This document shows, piece after piece, positions 24,291 to 37,841 of a stretch of DNA of 64,000 nucleotides. This DNA is from Octopus vulgaris (taxonomy: Eukaryota). Each line of letters starts with the position of its first letter. Positions within the stretch are counted from its first letter, which is position 1. The stretch covers positions 79,298,001-79,362,000 of the forward strand of contig OX597826.1 in the NCBI GenBank assembly GCA_951406725.2. The letters run 5' to 3'. The notes under the pieces were generated by a model. That model was not told the origin of the DNA, made no database searches, and saw nothing but the letters and a program-made list of their open reading frames with translations. The position numbers were made by a program, and so were the translations under genes.

Positions 24291-25689
24291 AAGCAAGTAA
24301 CTGAAAACAACACCAGGTGATTTACTCTGACAGGTACTGAGAACAAAGAGGCCTGGAAATGTTCATGTAGGAAATCTGTAAGAAGGTCCACCACATGTTG
24401 GGTCTCTCGGCAATAAATTGCTTGTATTTCTTCAATACTCAAAATATTTTAGCAACTTTTTTTTTGATAAAATTTCTAATAATTTTTAAATATTAAAATA
24501 CAAAAAAAAATTTTTCTAACATTAAATGGCTGTAAGGGTCCATCTGAGTAAAATAGGAATCAGAAGGGTTCCATAAATAAAAAAAATAAAAAAATGGGCT
24601 GATTGCCACAGATCTGTATGGTTGAAATGACTGTTGGGGATATGGAAGGGGTTGGGGTAGGGGGAAGCTGCTAGTCCATTAGAGAAAGTCATTGAGATGC
24701 TGAACATATCTGAATGAAGTAGGATTGTCAATCAGATGATGTAGAATCAGTGGGTGTGGTCAGACCAAGGATTGGTTTTGTAGTGCCATCATTAAGTGGT
24801 ACAAGGACAAAATGCATACACATCATCAGTGTTATCCTCCTCCTCCTCCTCCTCCTCCTCATCACACCACTGGTTTTTTATTCCAGGTTTGTAATGTTTA
24901 GACAGGTCAATACCAAACCAAGTAAGTCGTTCAATGTTACTGTGTCTGTAGGATCAGCTGAAGGAGTTTGTCTCACTTCCGTGTTCTAGTCTTTGGAATG
25001 GTTTCTATGGCTGGGTGCCTTTTGTAACCTCAGATCTTTTACAAAGTGTACTAGACTGGCTGCAGCATAAGTGAGGTTGCTTTGTACACTGTAAGATGGA
25101 AAAGTCCTCACTACTGTGTGGTGTGTGTGTTCTCAAGAATCATGAAAGTGAATTATAGAGGAATCAATGATAGAAGAACCAGAATGGTGATATGGAGGGA
25201 GTGATGGTTGAGACAGAGGGGTGAGATGAGAGGGTGATAGAAGGGGAGAGGAAGGGGGAGGATAATGATAGAGAAGGATAAAATTGAATGTGGGGAAGAG
25301 TGTGTATTGAGTACAAACAGATCCCGTGTCAGTCCCTTATACACAGGCTGTATGATAGGCAAGATGCAGTGATAAGGACGATAGTAAAGGAGACTAAATG
25401 CAGCTGGGTCCATCTCTTGTTACCTAAACCTTTATGGATGAGTGAAGGGGAGAAATCTACTGCTATCCTTAGCTACTCCAGTAGCGTTAGTATCGTGGAT
25501 AAGAAAGAGGGTATGTGATTGATAGAGAGAGCGAGAGAGAGAGAGAGGTAAGTGAAAGGAAGATGAAAGAGTATCAAAGACTACAGGAATGGCAGCAGAC
25601 GGCACTTGTGGCCAAGAGACCCAAATGTAGACAATGTCCATTACTATGAGCTTTTAATGTTAATGTTTTTAGCATTCATTTAATCCCCG

Positions 25690-28600
25690 TTTGTACTGAG
25701 AGGCAAATCTTTTCTTGCGTTGTGTGTCACCTGTCATCTTGGTCTTTTCGTCTTTTGTCATCTCTGCGAGGCTCAGCATCCTGAGGTCAGCTTTCATTGC
25801 TTTCTCCCATCTCTTCCTCTGTCTCCCTCTTTTATGGGTGACATCAACTTTGAGCGTCCTGTACTTCTTTAAGCAGTCGTCCTCCATGCTTATCACACCC
25901 CCATCATCATTGACTTCGTCGTCATCATCATCACATCATCATCATCATCATCACCATGTTGTCGTCATCATCATCATCATCACATCTGCATTCCATGTCG
26001 ACATGGGTTGGACAAGCCATGCCAGACTGAGTTTCCTCTTGAATCTCAAATTTAGCAGAACAAGTTCACTTCACAGAATCCTCTGCTTTCAGGGCCCACA
26101 TCTCACTACTACCATACAGCATTGTAGTTTGTACTCCAGCATCATACAGTCTCTTTCACTCCAAGAGAAAATTCTTTTTTAACGAGCAGAATAATTACCC
26201 TTTGAACTTCCAACTTGTTTCTACTCTGGTTACTATACTTTGTGCAATAATTACCTTCACTGTTAATTAGGTCGTCTGCGTTACAGAATCTTATCAACTA
26301 CTTCCTGAAAGCCTACCAGGAATTTAAAAGAATCGTATTTCCAAGTGCTCTAAGGGCTTATTAGCTCTGTGTATTTACAGCGTACAAAATTTGCTTTTTT
26401 CATCAACCTGCCTGTGATTTCACTACACTTCATGCATATCCATACTTCATTCTGAACCGTATTATTTGTGTACACTAATATTACATGTTTAGCAGAACAG
26501 GCTTGCATCATTGATTCTTTCCGGCCTTTGAACATCCTTTACATTCGGTGCCCACATTTCATTTACCATTCTGAAGTCCATGCATACGAGTGAGTGGTTG
26601 TACTGAAAAGTTCCTGGCTTTGAGTATAAGAAAATACAGGAGGATCAGTCAATTATGATTTTATTCCCCTCTCAGATTCACACCACTTATTGCAGGGATC
26701 CTTCAGTTTTTTCTGAGCCCTGTTAAAGAAATTGGAAGGTTGGTCCTCCAGCCAGACTTTTCGTAATTCCCTTAACTCTTTAGCATTCAGAATTTTCTGT
26801 CAAATGAAATGCTTTTTTGTTCATATTGTTTTGAATTAATCATTATCTTGTAGTTTGGAGATTCCAATGATGTGATTGTTTATTTTTAGAATGACATTGT
26901 AGGGTAGGTATGAGAGACCAGACCTGGTCAGTTTGAATATATAAGAAGTAGAATATTTGGGTAAGATATGGCCGGTTTAAACACTAAAGGGTTAAAAGCC
27001 ATGGACCCCCTTGTAAGCATAAAACAAATCTACCCTTTACTCAGAGACAAAATCCCTACTTTGTCAGATGAGGCGAAAGTTCTTTGATCTTTTTCTACCC
27101 TGTTCTTATTCTGACTGAAACCCTTTGACAGCACCTCTTTCCAGTGTTGATTGGGTTGCTTAGGTAACAGAAGCTATCAACTACTTCTGTAGAGTCTTCT
27201 GAGCCTTGGAAGGAATTTATTGTTTTCTTGCTCTGATTGCAAACTACTCTTGTACACCTGTCATACACAGTCTTTACTCATTGCCAACTACCCTTTTACC
27301 CTCATACACTTCTTGTGCATCCGTACTTTACATTGGATACACTGTCTGGAGTTCCCATGTACTTTGTACTTCTTTTCTGCATATTGAGCACAGCCATTTC
27401 CACAACGGAAGTGGAATCCCATTTTCTTGCCAATTTAATAATACTTTATAGTCTTCATTAAGTTGAAACAGAGGCCTCTCAAATCTGTTTTCTTCCCACA
27501 TTTTATATCTAAGAGTCTATCTAGCAGAGTCTTTCACAGATTCTGTTATATAGACTGTCATAAGCATCTAGGAATTACAGCAGACTGTGCCGGTGGTACG
27601 TAAAATGCACCCACTATACTCTCAGAGTGGTTGGCATTAGGAAGGGCATCCAGCTGTAGAAACCTTGCCACATCAGATTGGAGCCTGGTGCAGCCTTCCG
27701 GCTCTCCAGACCTCAGTCAAACCGTCCAACCCATGCCAGCATGGAAAGTGGATATTAAATGACGATGCTGAAGATGATGAATGAATCTTAAATTTCTATA
27801 ATGGTTTGGAGCTCTGTAATAAGAAGGGGATGAGGACTGAGCCTTGGTGAGCACTTACCCGCACATAAATTCCTCCCTGAACTCAGAACTAGTTTCACTG
27901 CATCTCTGTACTTGGCTTAGACCATTCTTACAAGCCACCTGTCTATGTCTAGTCTTTTTGACAGACCACCAGACTACAGATTGTGGTACCCTGTTTGAGG
28001 TTTTCTCCACATCAACAAATGCTAGGTAGAGAGGCCTACTCTTAGTTAAAAATCTTCCCTTGTAGTTGACCCTCAATGAGGAGTTCATCATTAATACTCC
28101 ATCTTGGCACTAATCTGAACTGTATCTCGTCTAGTCTGGTTCTTTTCCTAATCATTTGTGTTAATACTTTTGTTGTTAACTTTCAGAACTTAATCATCCA
28201 GTTTGATGCCCCTGTACTTGCTGCTTTCTAAAGTGTCTCCTTTGTCCTTTTAACAGTTGATCGCTGCCCCCAGGTATTGGGTATGGCAACTCCCTGCATT
28301 ACTTACTTGTCTAAACCAGTAACTAACCTGAGCTCTTCTCTGCCTGATATTTTTGCTATAGCTGGGACTACATCTCATGAAGCTGTTTCTTTCCTCCATG
28401 TGTTTTTGTTTTCGTTTAATGGGTATTTCTATAAAAGAGAGGTCAAATTCAATAGCTGGACTCTGTGTTGGGTATACTTGAAGTAGTCCCTCTTCCTTCC
28501 TTCCTTCCTCTTATCTCCTACATTCAGCAAATTCTCATAAATACCATTTCTAAACTCTTCTCAGTCTCATTGAGATTAAGTGCATCACTCTCATTTCGTG

Positions 28601-30330
28601 CTCTCTTTTGCCCCCAGCAAGTGTCTTCATTTACTCAGACACTCCTTCACAATCCAGAACAGCTCACACCTCTGATCCCCTTCTCCCTGAAATCTAGCTG
28701 ACCTCCTGCTTTCCACTTCTCTTCAAGCTAAGCACACTTGTTGATCAGCTTATTATTGGGTATGAGACATTTTGGCGCAGCTGTTTTGGCACCACCTACT
28801 TGGCACCGTGGATTCAGTCCTGACTTATTTGACATTAGATGCTTTTAATATTTCTCTCTTTTTCCTTATCTCTTTCCATCAGTCTCTCTCTCTCTCTTTC
28901 TCCTTCACTCTATAGTTATAATTATCTCTGTGTGTAATGACTCCCCCTCTCTCTCTGTCTCTCTCTCTCTCTGTCTCTCTGTCTCTCTGTCTCTATATTT
29001 CTGCATATGCACTGTGTGTTTGTTTCTGGTGTCAAAACACATCAAACGTCCACTCAGCTCTGCTAAATCATCAACATCCAATCAGCTGCATCCAGTTGTC
29101 TCCTTCCAGCTTATCTTTTACTCACATAATATCGTTCATAGCTGAAACCCTTTAACCAGGCTTTCCATCCCCGTCTTTAAGTTTTTATGGCTCTTTTTAG
29201 AACCATTTTTAATGAAGAATAAGTCTCTCCACTACCATGTTACCTAATATCTGGTTAATACATTTTTCCATCCACAGAACTTGTCTGCAGCTCACTTCAG
29301 GTTGTGTCATAAAAACTCCCAGTTTAGGGTTTAGGGTTGTTATTCCCCCAAGCATTATCAATAGTCTCTCGATCCGCTTCACTCTTCTTATGAAGTCACT
29401 CGTCAATGACCTATGTTGCTTGGTACATTCTTCACCAAAGAATGACTTAGTATTTACCGCCATCTGTTATATTCTGTTTCCTGGTCAGAATGAAGCTTAT
29501 CTCGTATGGTTACATGATTGGAAGGGGATCAAATGGCTAGTTGGTCTCTTGAAGTTTGTGTTGCAGATGATTTCTTAGCATCATAGAATCCCCAGAAATC
29601 TTGATATCTCTTCATTCCTAGACCATATCCTCAGCTGCTATGTCTTCTGGTGTAGCTATACTGAGGCATAGCTTTAATGCTGCTGCCTAACACATTCACT
29701 GAAGTCACCAGCCAACATAATGACCATGCTGTCATTTGTTATCAAGCCAGTTTGTAATAAGGCCTCATAAAAACAGTCCTTTTACTTATCGGTCAGTCCC
29801 AGTTGAGGTGCAGAGATAACAGTTACTCCTGGTTTATCTACAACTGGTTTAAACTTAATTATTCTGTCTAATATTCCAGCTATTTTAATTGTTCATTTCT
29901 ATCCACTCCTCTTCCACTAGTGTACCTACTTCACCTAATCCAACATTGTTACCATCTCAGAAGAATTTGTACTTGTGTTCTTCATCTGAGAAGCTGAGTT
30001 GAGTCTCCCCTTTGCCCGAGAGGGGGCTGGTTGAGGCTCCCCTCCATCTCACCTCTTGCATGCAGCACATGCCTACTGTCCTCTACTCTAACATCTATAT
30101 AATCTCACTAGAACTACTTTTCATTGTATCAGTGTTATTGATTGTTACCCTGGTGTTTGATGGGTTGGTACTTGATATCTGTTTTCTGCAACTGAAAGGC
30201 AGTGTGTCCTCACTTGATGATGGTGGAGGGGTTTCTCTCATCCTGATCAGATATTTCCAACTATCCATCCCATGGCCATGCAATGAGGTTTTATCAATAT
30301 ATTGCGACACTAAAAGATGTTGGCACTGTT
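25690..30330 (-). mobile_element. Old, fragmented, near full-length RTE LINE interrupted by younger repeats
   Basis: Collinear remnants: APE endonuclease start (TMKSSSSEII...CCMQEVRWRG, about 30040-30150), GEECTKQHRSLTSDF (about 29390-29440), RT region PLYLAFVDVEKTSNRVP (about 27985-28040), EVVDSF (about 27170-27190) and C-terminal RGRQRKRW..ADLRML (about 25770-25840). Confidence 0.8.
26586..27015. mobile_element. Mariner-type MITE with a piggyBac-like MITE (26776-26991) inserted at an internal TTAA
   Basis: Left TIR-like CGAG...CTGAAAAGTTCCTGGCTTT. The right end is split as CCC-TTAA-[MITE]-TTAA-AAGCCA..CCCCTTG|TA. Confidence 0.6.
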
Positions 30331-30546
30331 TTACATGATGACTCCTCTTCCTATGACCAACTCCTTTACAAGATAGACTGATTGCACTTTATTGTGCCCC
30401 CAACACTAGAGGGGTTGTCTGCCAGAACTAAAAGTGTCCACTTGACTCTGTCAGTTTCTATTCAAAGTCAATGCTCTCCTGATGGTATATGCATGTATTT
30501 GTATTTTGTGGCCTTCATGTGCTTACTCAGTCTCTCTGTCTGTCTA

Positions 30547-30590
<44 letters not shown>

Positions 30591-30888
30591 ATCACAAGTA
30601 CTTATACACTTCAAAAAACATTACAGACACGCATAGGCACACAATCTTACACAGGTTTATTGTGCAGTGAAAATACATTTCCAAGAGGTTTCATTTTATT
30701 TTCAAACATGACAGATGTATATAGATGTGTGTGTGTGTGTGTGTGTATCTATATTCATATATGTATGCGTCTATTTCAATGTATGTCTTAATGGTCTTCT
30801 TAGAAAGTACTCACAAGTTGTCCTGCCAAAATACTTATATTTAGTTGACATCTCACAGTATTGTCGCCACCTCCTCCGCCTCCTCCTC

Positions 30889-30922
<34 letters not shown>

Positions 30923-31131
30923 GTAATAATAATAATAATAATAACAATACTCTTTTACTTGTTTCTGTCATTTGACTGCAGCCATGCTGGAGCACCTTTG
31001 TAAGCCTAGTACTTATTCTATCGGTCTTTTTTGCCGAACCGCTAAGTTACGGGGACATAAAAACACCACCATCAGTTGTCAAGCAATGTTGGGGGACAAA
31101 CACAGACACACAAACATATACACACACACTC

Positions 31132-31180
<49 letters not shown>

Positions 31181-33479
31181 CATATATACGATGGGCTTCT
31201 TTCAGTTTCCGTCTACCAAATCCACTCTCAAGGCTTTGGTCAGCCCGAAGCTATAGTACAAGACACCTGCCCAAGGTGCCATGCAGTGGAACTGAACCTG
31301 GAACCATGTGGTTGGTAAGCAAGCTACTTACCCCACAACCACTCCTCTGTGCCTAAATAGTAATAATCTATTTCTCTGCCCCTAATTGCAAAAGTTGCAT
31401 GGGTCTTTGCCAACCCAGCATCCCTGTGTGCAATTCTGAAATCAGCTTTCATTCTCTTTGCCCACATCTTCCTCAATCTTCCTTTTCTCATTTTGATCTC
31501 TTAGCATCTTTCCACCCATCTCTCATCCTCCTATCCTCCAAAATCATCTCTTGTCTTTGACAATGCAGACCCAATGCCCTCTGCACCCTGATTCACCTCT
31601 TACCTGGTTTTAACTCAGTTCACCTGTGCTCTGTTGTTCATACATGCTACAATGCTTGTGTGTATACGACCACACTTTCACTCAAGCAGGCTTATTTCAT
31701 TTCTCTCTCATCTTTATACACTCTCTGCATTCAATACTCCTGTTACTCTTATTTGCTTCCCTTTGAAGCGTCGGGTAACATGCCATGCTTGAGGAGACTT
31801 ATTGAGTCAAATAAAATCAAAAATCAAAATTAAATTACAATCAGAATCTCAATCAAATTGAAATTCAAAATGGAAATTGTAGTTGTGGCCGATGTCAGTG
31901 CCACCTGACTGGTTCCCATGCTGGTTTCACGCAATAAGCACCATTCATGCATGAGTCATTGCCAGTGCTGCCTGACTGGCTCCTTGTGCCGGTGGCACAT
32001 AAAATATTCCATCCGAATGTGGCCGATGCCAGCCCTCCCCCCTGCCCCGAGTGGCTCCTGTGCTGGTAGCATGTAAAAAGCACCATCCGAACGTGGCTGA
32101 TGCCAGTGTTGCCTGACTGGCTCCCTTGCCGGTGGCACATAAAAGCACCCACTACACTCTTGGAGTGGTTGGCACTAGGAAGGGCATCCAGCTGTAGAAA
32201 CCTTGCCAGATCAGACTGGAGCCTGGTGCAGCCTTCTTGCTCACCAGTCCTCAGTCAAACCGTCCGAACCATGCCAGCATGGAGAGCGGACGTTAAACAA
32301 TGATGATGATGAGGATTCGCCAACAATTGTTTTATTTCACAAATAAAATTAAAATTGCAAAACATAAAAATATATAATTTTACATTTTAAATACCTTATA
32401 AAGAAAACGATCAGAGTGTGCAGAGGACACGCTCTCACTCTCTGTGACCTCGTGTGTACCGTTGGTGATTTTTTTCCTCTGTCTTCCCTTCTCTGGATCT
32501 TACCTTCTCATATGTTTCCAACGAAGAGCTCCGCTCGAAACATTAAACCCTCCTTCTTTCCTGAGCGTCCAATAATACTATATTTGTTCCACGTCCTCGC
32601 GTTGTTGTGTTTTTTTGTGCTTTTTTGTTTGGATTAACTATATATATATATATGTGTGTATATATGTATATATATGTTATAGATTTGTATGACCTTTCAG
32701 CCATTGATTTACACCCAAGTAAATTGCCATTATGTTACTTAAAGGCATTTTATTGATTTCAGTACCAACTTCTGGTTAAAATTAGGACTTTGAAAAGTTC
32801 TTGGACTTATTTATATAGGCACAGGAATGACTATGTAGTAAATAGCTTGCTTACCAACCACATGGTTCTGGGTTCAGTCCCACAGTGGTTTGGCAAAAGA
32901 GACCAATAGAATAAGTACTAGGCTTACAAAGAATAAGTCCCGGGGTCGATTTGCTCGACCAAAGGCAGTGCTCCAGCAGGGCCGCATCCAAATGACTGAA
33001 ACAAATAAAAGAGTAAAAGACTTTACCACTTATTAATTCACTGCAGTTAAAGTGGAATAATATTTCTCCTGCACAATTTCCTGCTTTGTTTTAATAATTT
33101 TTTTTTTCATATCCAACTCTAGTGGGCTTCCCATTAATTTCCCTTATTCCAACTTAAAATAGACAAGCCTCTCTTTATTAATCTATTTAAGTATGTACTA
33201 AAAATTCATTATTATTTTTTGTTCTCTGCTTATTCTGCCTTTGTGCAAACAGCTTGTATCCTGCTCTCTTTCATTTAGTAACTCTTTCAGCTTTTATAGA
33301 CTTACGCAGTTTCCCTTTTATTTTCTTCCTGCCTGGTCGTTTGGCCTTTTAATTTGCTGCTTCTAAATATTTTGTATTTGTTTTGTGTCAGCCTCAGAAC
33401 TTTTGTTGTTGATCTTTGTAAGTGGATGCATGTGTGTTTGTGTGAATGTGTGGATACTTTTATGCACACTCTTGTGTAT

Positions 33480-33488
33480 ATGTGTGTG

Positions 33489-33524
<36 letters not shown>

Positions 33525-33841
33525 TATGTGTATGTGTATATATATATATACATATGTATGTATATATATATATATATGCATATGTGTATGTGTATATATA
33601 TATATATATGCATATGTGTATATATATATGCATATGTGTATGTGTATATATATATATATATGCATATGTGTATGTGTATATATATATATGCATATGTGTG
33701 TATATATATATATGCATATGTGTGTATATATATATATGCATATGTGTGTATATATATATATGCATATGTGTGTATATATATATATATGCATATGTGTATG
33801 TGTATATATATATATACATATGTGTATGTGTATATATATGC

Positions 33842-33899
<58 letters not shown>

Positions 33900-33915
33900 G
33901 TACGTGTGTGTATAT
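33480..33915. repeat. Compound (TA)n/TGCATATGTG microsatellite
   Basis: Repeating (TA)n-TGCATATGTGTATGTG units over about 430 bp. Confidence 0.95.
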
Positions 33916-34601
33916 ATGTGTGGCTGTGTGGTAAGAAATTTGTTTCCCAGTTACACGGTTCCATGTTCACTCCCACCGCATGGCACCTTGGGCAAATGTC
34001 TTCCACTATAGCCAGCTGTAGCCTTGGGCCAACCAAAGCTTTCTGAGTGGATCTGGTAGATGAACCCTGAAAGAAGCCCATTGTATATATATATATTTAC
34101 CAGGGACAGAGTGAATGTGTCGGCAGCAGGGTATATTGCTTTTCCCTTCTACCACCGACTTGGTCAGTCACACTTCTTCGGGTTCTGTCACTTGTTCCTC
34201 CACAGTTTGTTTAGTTCTCCCTTCATTCTGCCCTTCCTCTGTCCTCAGTCCTTCAGGGCTTTTTCATTTCATTTTGCATTACCCACATTCGCCCGTCTGA
34301 TAGCCATAAGCCTTTTTTGTTTTTTGTTGTATTTCTTGTTGTATTTGTATAACTATTATAATTGGTTTGTTTGTTTTCGTCAGTGTCCTTTATGTTTGTT
34401 AGCTTTTCCCAGTGGCTTTTTGGCTTTTTTTTTTTTGCACTGGTGCCTCCAGTAAAGGAGTGGTCTCAATTATAACAGCAGAAAACTACTAAGATCTCTT
34501 GGACGTTGACTGATAAGGAATTAGCTACGAATTTCCTGTGTGTTTTGCTTTTGTCAAATTTTCAAGTTGTCATGGTTTTTTAAAAAATAATCCTTTATAT
34601 A

Positions 34602-34980
34602 GGTGCAGGAGTGGTTGTGTGGTAAGAAGCTTGCTTCCCAACCACATGGTCCCGGGTTCAGTCCCACTGTGTGTCACCTTGGGCAAGTGTCTTCTACTAT
34701 AGCCTCAGACAGACCAAAGCCTTGTGAGTGGATTTGGTAGACAGAAACCGAAAGAAGCCCGTCATATTTGTGTGTATGTGTGTGTCTGTGATTGTTCCCC
34801 CCACCATCACTTGACGACTGATGTTGGTGTGTTTAAGTCTCCATAACTTAGCAGTTTGGCAAAAGAGACTGATAGAATAAGTACTAGGCTTACAAAGAAT
34901 AAGTCCTGGGGTCAATTCATTCGACTAAAGGCAGTGTTCCAGCATGGACACAGTGAAATGACTGAAACAAATAAAAGAAT
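34602..34980 (+). mobile_element. tRNA-derived SINE, family A, full length
   Basis: A box TGGTTGTGTGG, B box GGTTCAGTCCC, core-like ACCTTGGGCAAGTGTCTT, A-rich end. Other copies at about 6615-6750 (-), 12424-12585, 30949-31354 (-), 32817-33020, 33918-34085, 37626-37790, 50135-50960 and 59030-59290 (-). Confidence 0.85.
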
Positions 34981-35443
34981 TTATATATATATATATATAT
35001 ACTTCTGTGCCGGTGGCACGTAAAAAGCACCCACTACACTCACGGAGTGGTTGGCGTTAGGAAGGGCATCCAGCTGTAGAAACACTGCCAGATCAGACTG
35101 GAGCCTGGTGCAGCCTTCTGGCTTCCCAGATCCCCGGTCGAACTGTCCAACCCATGCTAGCATGGAGAACGGATGTTAAACGATGATGATGATGATGATG
35201 ATTATATATATATATATACATATATAAACAGCAGTTTGCAGTGTTTCACCAAAAAAGAGAATAACAAATAACACTAAATGTGACTTGGTTGTTAGGAAAC
35301 ACCTACATTACTAGAAACAAGAGCTAAACTACTCTAATGCTGTAGTTAACACACATGAATGTAAACATATACACTAGCAAGGAGCATAATTGTCCCAAAA
35401 AAGCTGATTGATAATTTTTAATTACTGATGTGTCAGTTTTGGC

Positions 35444-35484
<41 letters not shown>

Positions 35485-36187
35485 AAGCAAAATAAGCTTA
35501 GAGAAATAACTCGGTGTCCAGTGGCATAAATATGGATAACAAAGACAGAGAAAGTAAACAATCACCAAGCAGTAATTGTAATTAATTCTAAATGAGGAGA
35601 GATAATCTGAAGCTATTTAATCAATGTGTGAATGTGTATTCACATATGTGTATGTATATCCATGCATATCTACATCTACATTGTGTGTGTGTGTGTGTGT
35701 ATTTATATATTCTTGTGTGATCTGCTCCCCACAAAGATAGCATCGGTCATCCTACCCCCAACAAGAATGGACTAACCACATGAGTTTTTTTAAAAGATTA
35801 TTTAATTATTTTTAACTTATAAATCAAATTTTCTAATTCAACCCTTGATAAAAAAAAAAAACCCAAATAGGATAACATGTGTTGTTTTTGAAACCTTTGT
35901 ACAGTCCTTTGATGTTCTTTGCTTAATTATTTCAAAGGTAATGAATCTTCTCTTTTCAACATCTACACCAGAGGGTCTCAACCATTTTCTACCTATGGTC
36001 CCCTTTAATCAAAGTAGTTGGGACCCCATCTCCACTCAATGTCTAAAAATTCCCATTATATTTCTATGATTAAATATCATTAGGAATTCAATTTATGATG
36101 AAAGTAAACAAAATTTGCTTGAGAAGTGTTGAGATGTATTGAAAGATACAGAAATAATTTCTTCTCAAACGCATGATAATGCTGATA

Positions 36188-36427
36188 GAATAGCATGAAC
36201 AGGGTAAACTGTCCATATATTGCAGAAAAATTCGTTACCAGCCAGCCATAAGAATCAAACTCACATTCCTATGATTACATACTAAGTGCTTTACCTTCAA
36301 GCTAAACTGCCCAATAACGAATTGTTCTGTTATTTTAGGATTTATAAATCTAGCTTTATAATATGCTGGCTGGCCGGTAACAAATTTTTCTGCTATGTTT
36401 GGATAGTTTATCCTGTTCATGCTATTG
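36188..36427. mobile_element. TA-flanked MITE with roughly 60-bp TIRs
   Basis: TA|GAATAGCATGAACAGGGTAAACT...CCAGCCAGC and GCTGGCCGG...AGTTTATCCTGTTCATGCTATTG|TA. Confidence 0.7.
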
Positions 36428-36631
36428 TATTAGTGTTATCATCATCGTTTAACGCCTGCTTTCCATGCTAGCATGGGCTGGGCGAATGACTGAGGGCTGG
36501 CGAACCAGATGGCTGCACCAGGCTTCAATCTTGATCTGGCAGTGTTTCTACAGCTGGATGCCCTTCCTAAAGCCCGTTTGAAAATAAATTATTTCTGTAT
36601 CTTTATTAGGAACTGTATAAAGAAATGTTTT

Positions 36632-36935
36632 TATATTTCGGAATGGTCAATTTTTGGGGGATTTTTTTACACCAAATAAACACCTGCACTATTTACTCAT
36701 TCTTTACCTTCAGCTGTATTATTGTTCCTGTTTTTGTGTGCTTTGTCTGGAAATCTTTCCTCACACATCCTGTGGCCTCTTCAGCGACTCACCATCATAG
36801 AATGTGTAAGGGAAAGATTTCCAGACAAAGACATAAAATAAGAACAATAATAATGCTGAAGTGAAGAACAAAGAATATATAGTGTGTGTGTTTATTTGGC
36901 GAAAAAAAGGACAAAAATGACCATCCCAAAATATA
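36632..36935. repeat. Imperfect fold-back (arms about 135 bp)
   Basis: CTTTGTCTGGAAATCTTTCC / GGAAAGATTTCCAGACAAAG, CCAAATAAACAC / GTGTTTATTTGG and ATGGTCA / TGACCAT are symmetrically placed. Confidence 0.8.
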
Positions 36936-37559
36936 ACAAAATGTTCCAATATATAATTTTACACCAGGAATCTGGCCAAACTAATTCTTAAACGGACAAA
37001 GAAATGTTTAAATATTCTGCGTATTGTAGAAATATCACTGGTTTATTGTACAAATTTTTTAACAACAAAATCTTACATAGATTCTAAGTGTCATGTGAAC
37101 CCCAGTGGAGATTCACTGGTCTAGATTAAGATACTATATATACATACATATACATTATATACATACATACATATGTATATATATATATATACATACATAT
37201 GTCTATATACTTACGTATGTATATATATACATACATATGTATATATATATATATATATGTAAATATGAACATATTTATGTGTATTGAAGAATTCAATGCT
37301 GACAAATGAAAAAAAATCTGCCTGTGTGTTTGTCTTTACAATTACATTTTAATGACGTGTGTGTGTGTGTGTAAAGTGAAATTGAAGTTGTTTCTAATGC
37401 TATCCATTACTGTGAGAACCTCTGAGAATTAGGCTAACAAAAAGTGTCAGCAAAGAACAAGTGGTGCATCCTATAATACAGTTCGTTGCTCCCTCCACGT
37501 TTTTTTTTCTAAATATAAGTAACAGCTGTTTCTAATCATTGTCCTTGAATCTACTATGA

Positions 37560-37600
<41 letters not shown>

Positions 37601-37793
37601 CATACACACACACACCCTGATATAGGTGTAGGCATGGCTGTGTGGTTTAAATTTGCTTCATGCTCTCAGGTTCAGTCCCACTGTGTGGTACCTTGGGCAA
37701 GTATCTTTTACTGTCAGCCATTTTATCCATGCTGACCAAAGCCTTGTGAGTGGATTTGGTTGCTGGGAACTGAAAGAAGTTTGTTATGTGTGT

Positions 37794-37841
<48 letters not shown>

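Noticed and set aside
33302-34081. Overlapping Tyr/Ile/His/Cys-rich ORFs on both strands
   Set aside because: Artefact of alternating purine-pyrimidine microsatellite.
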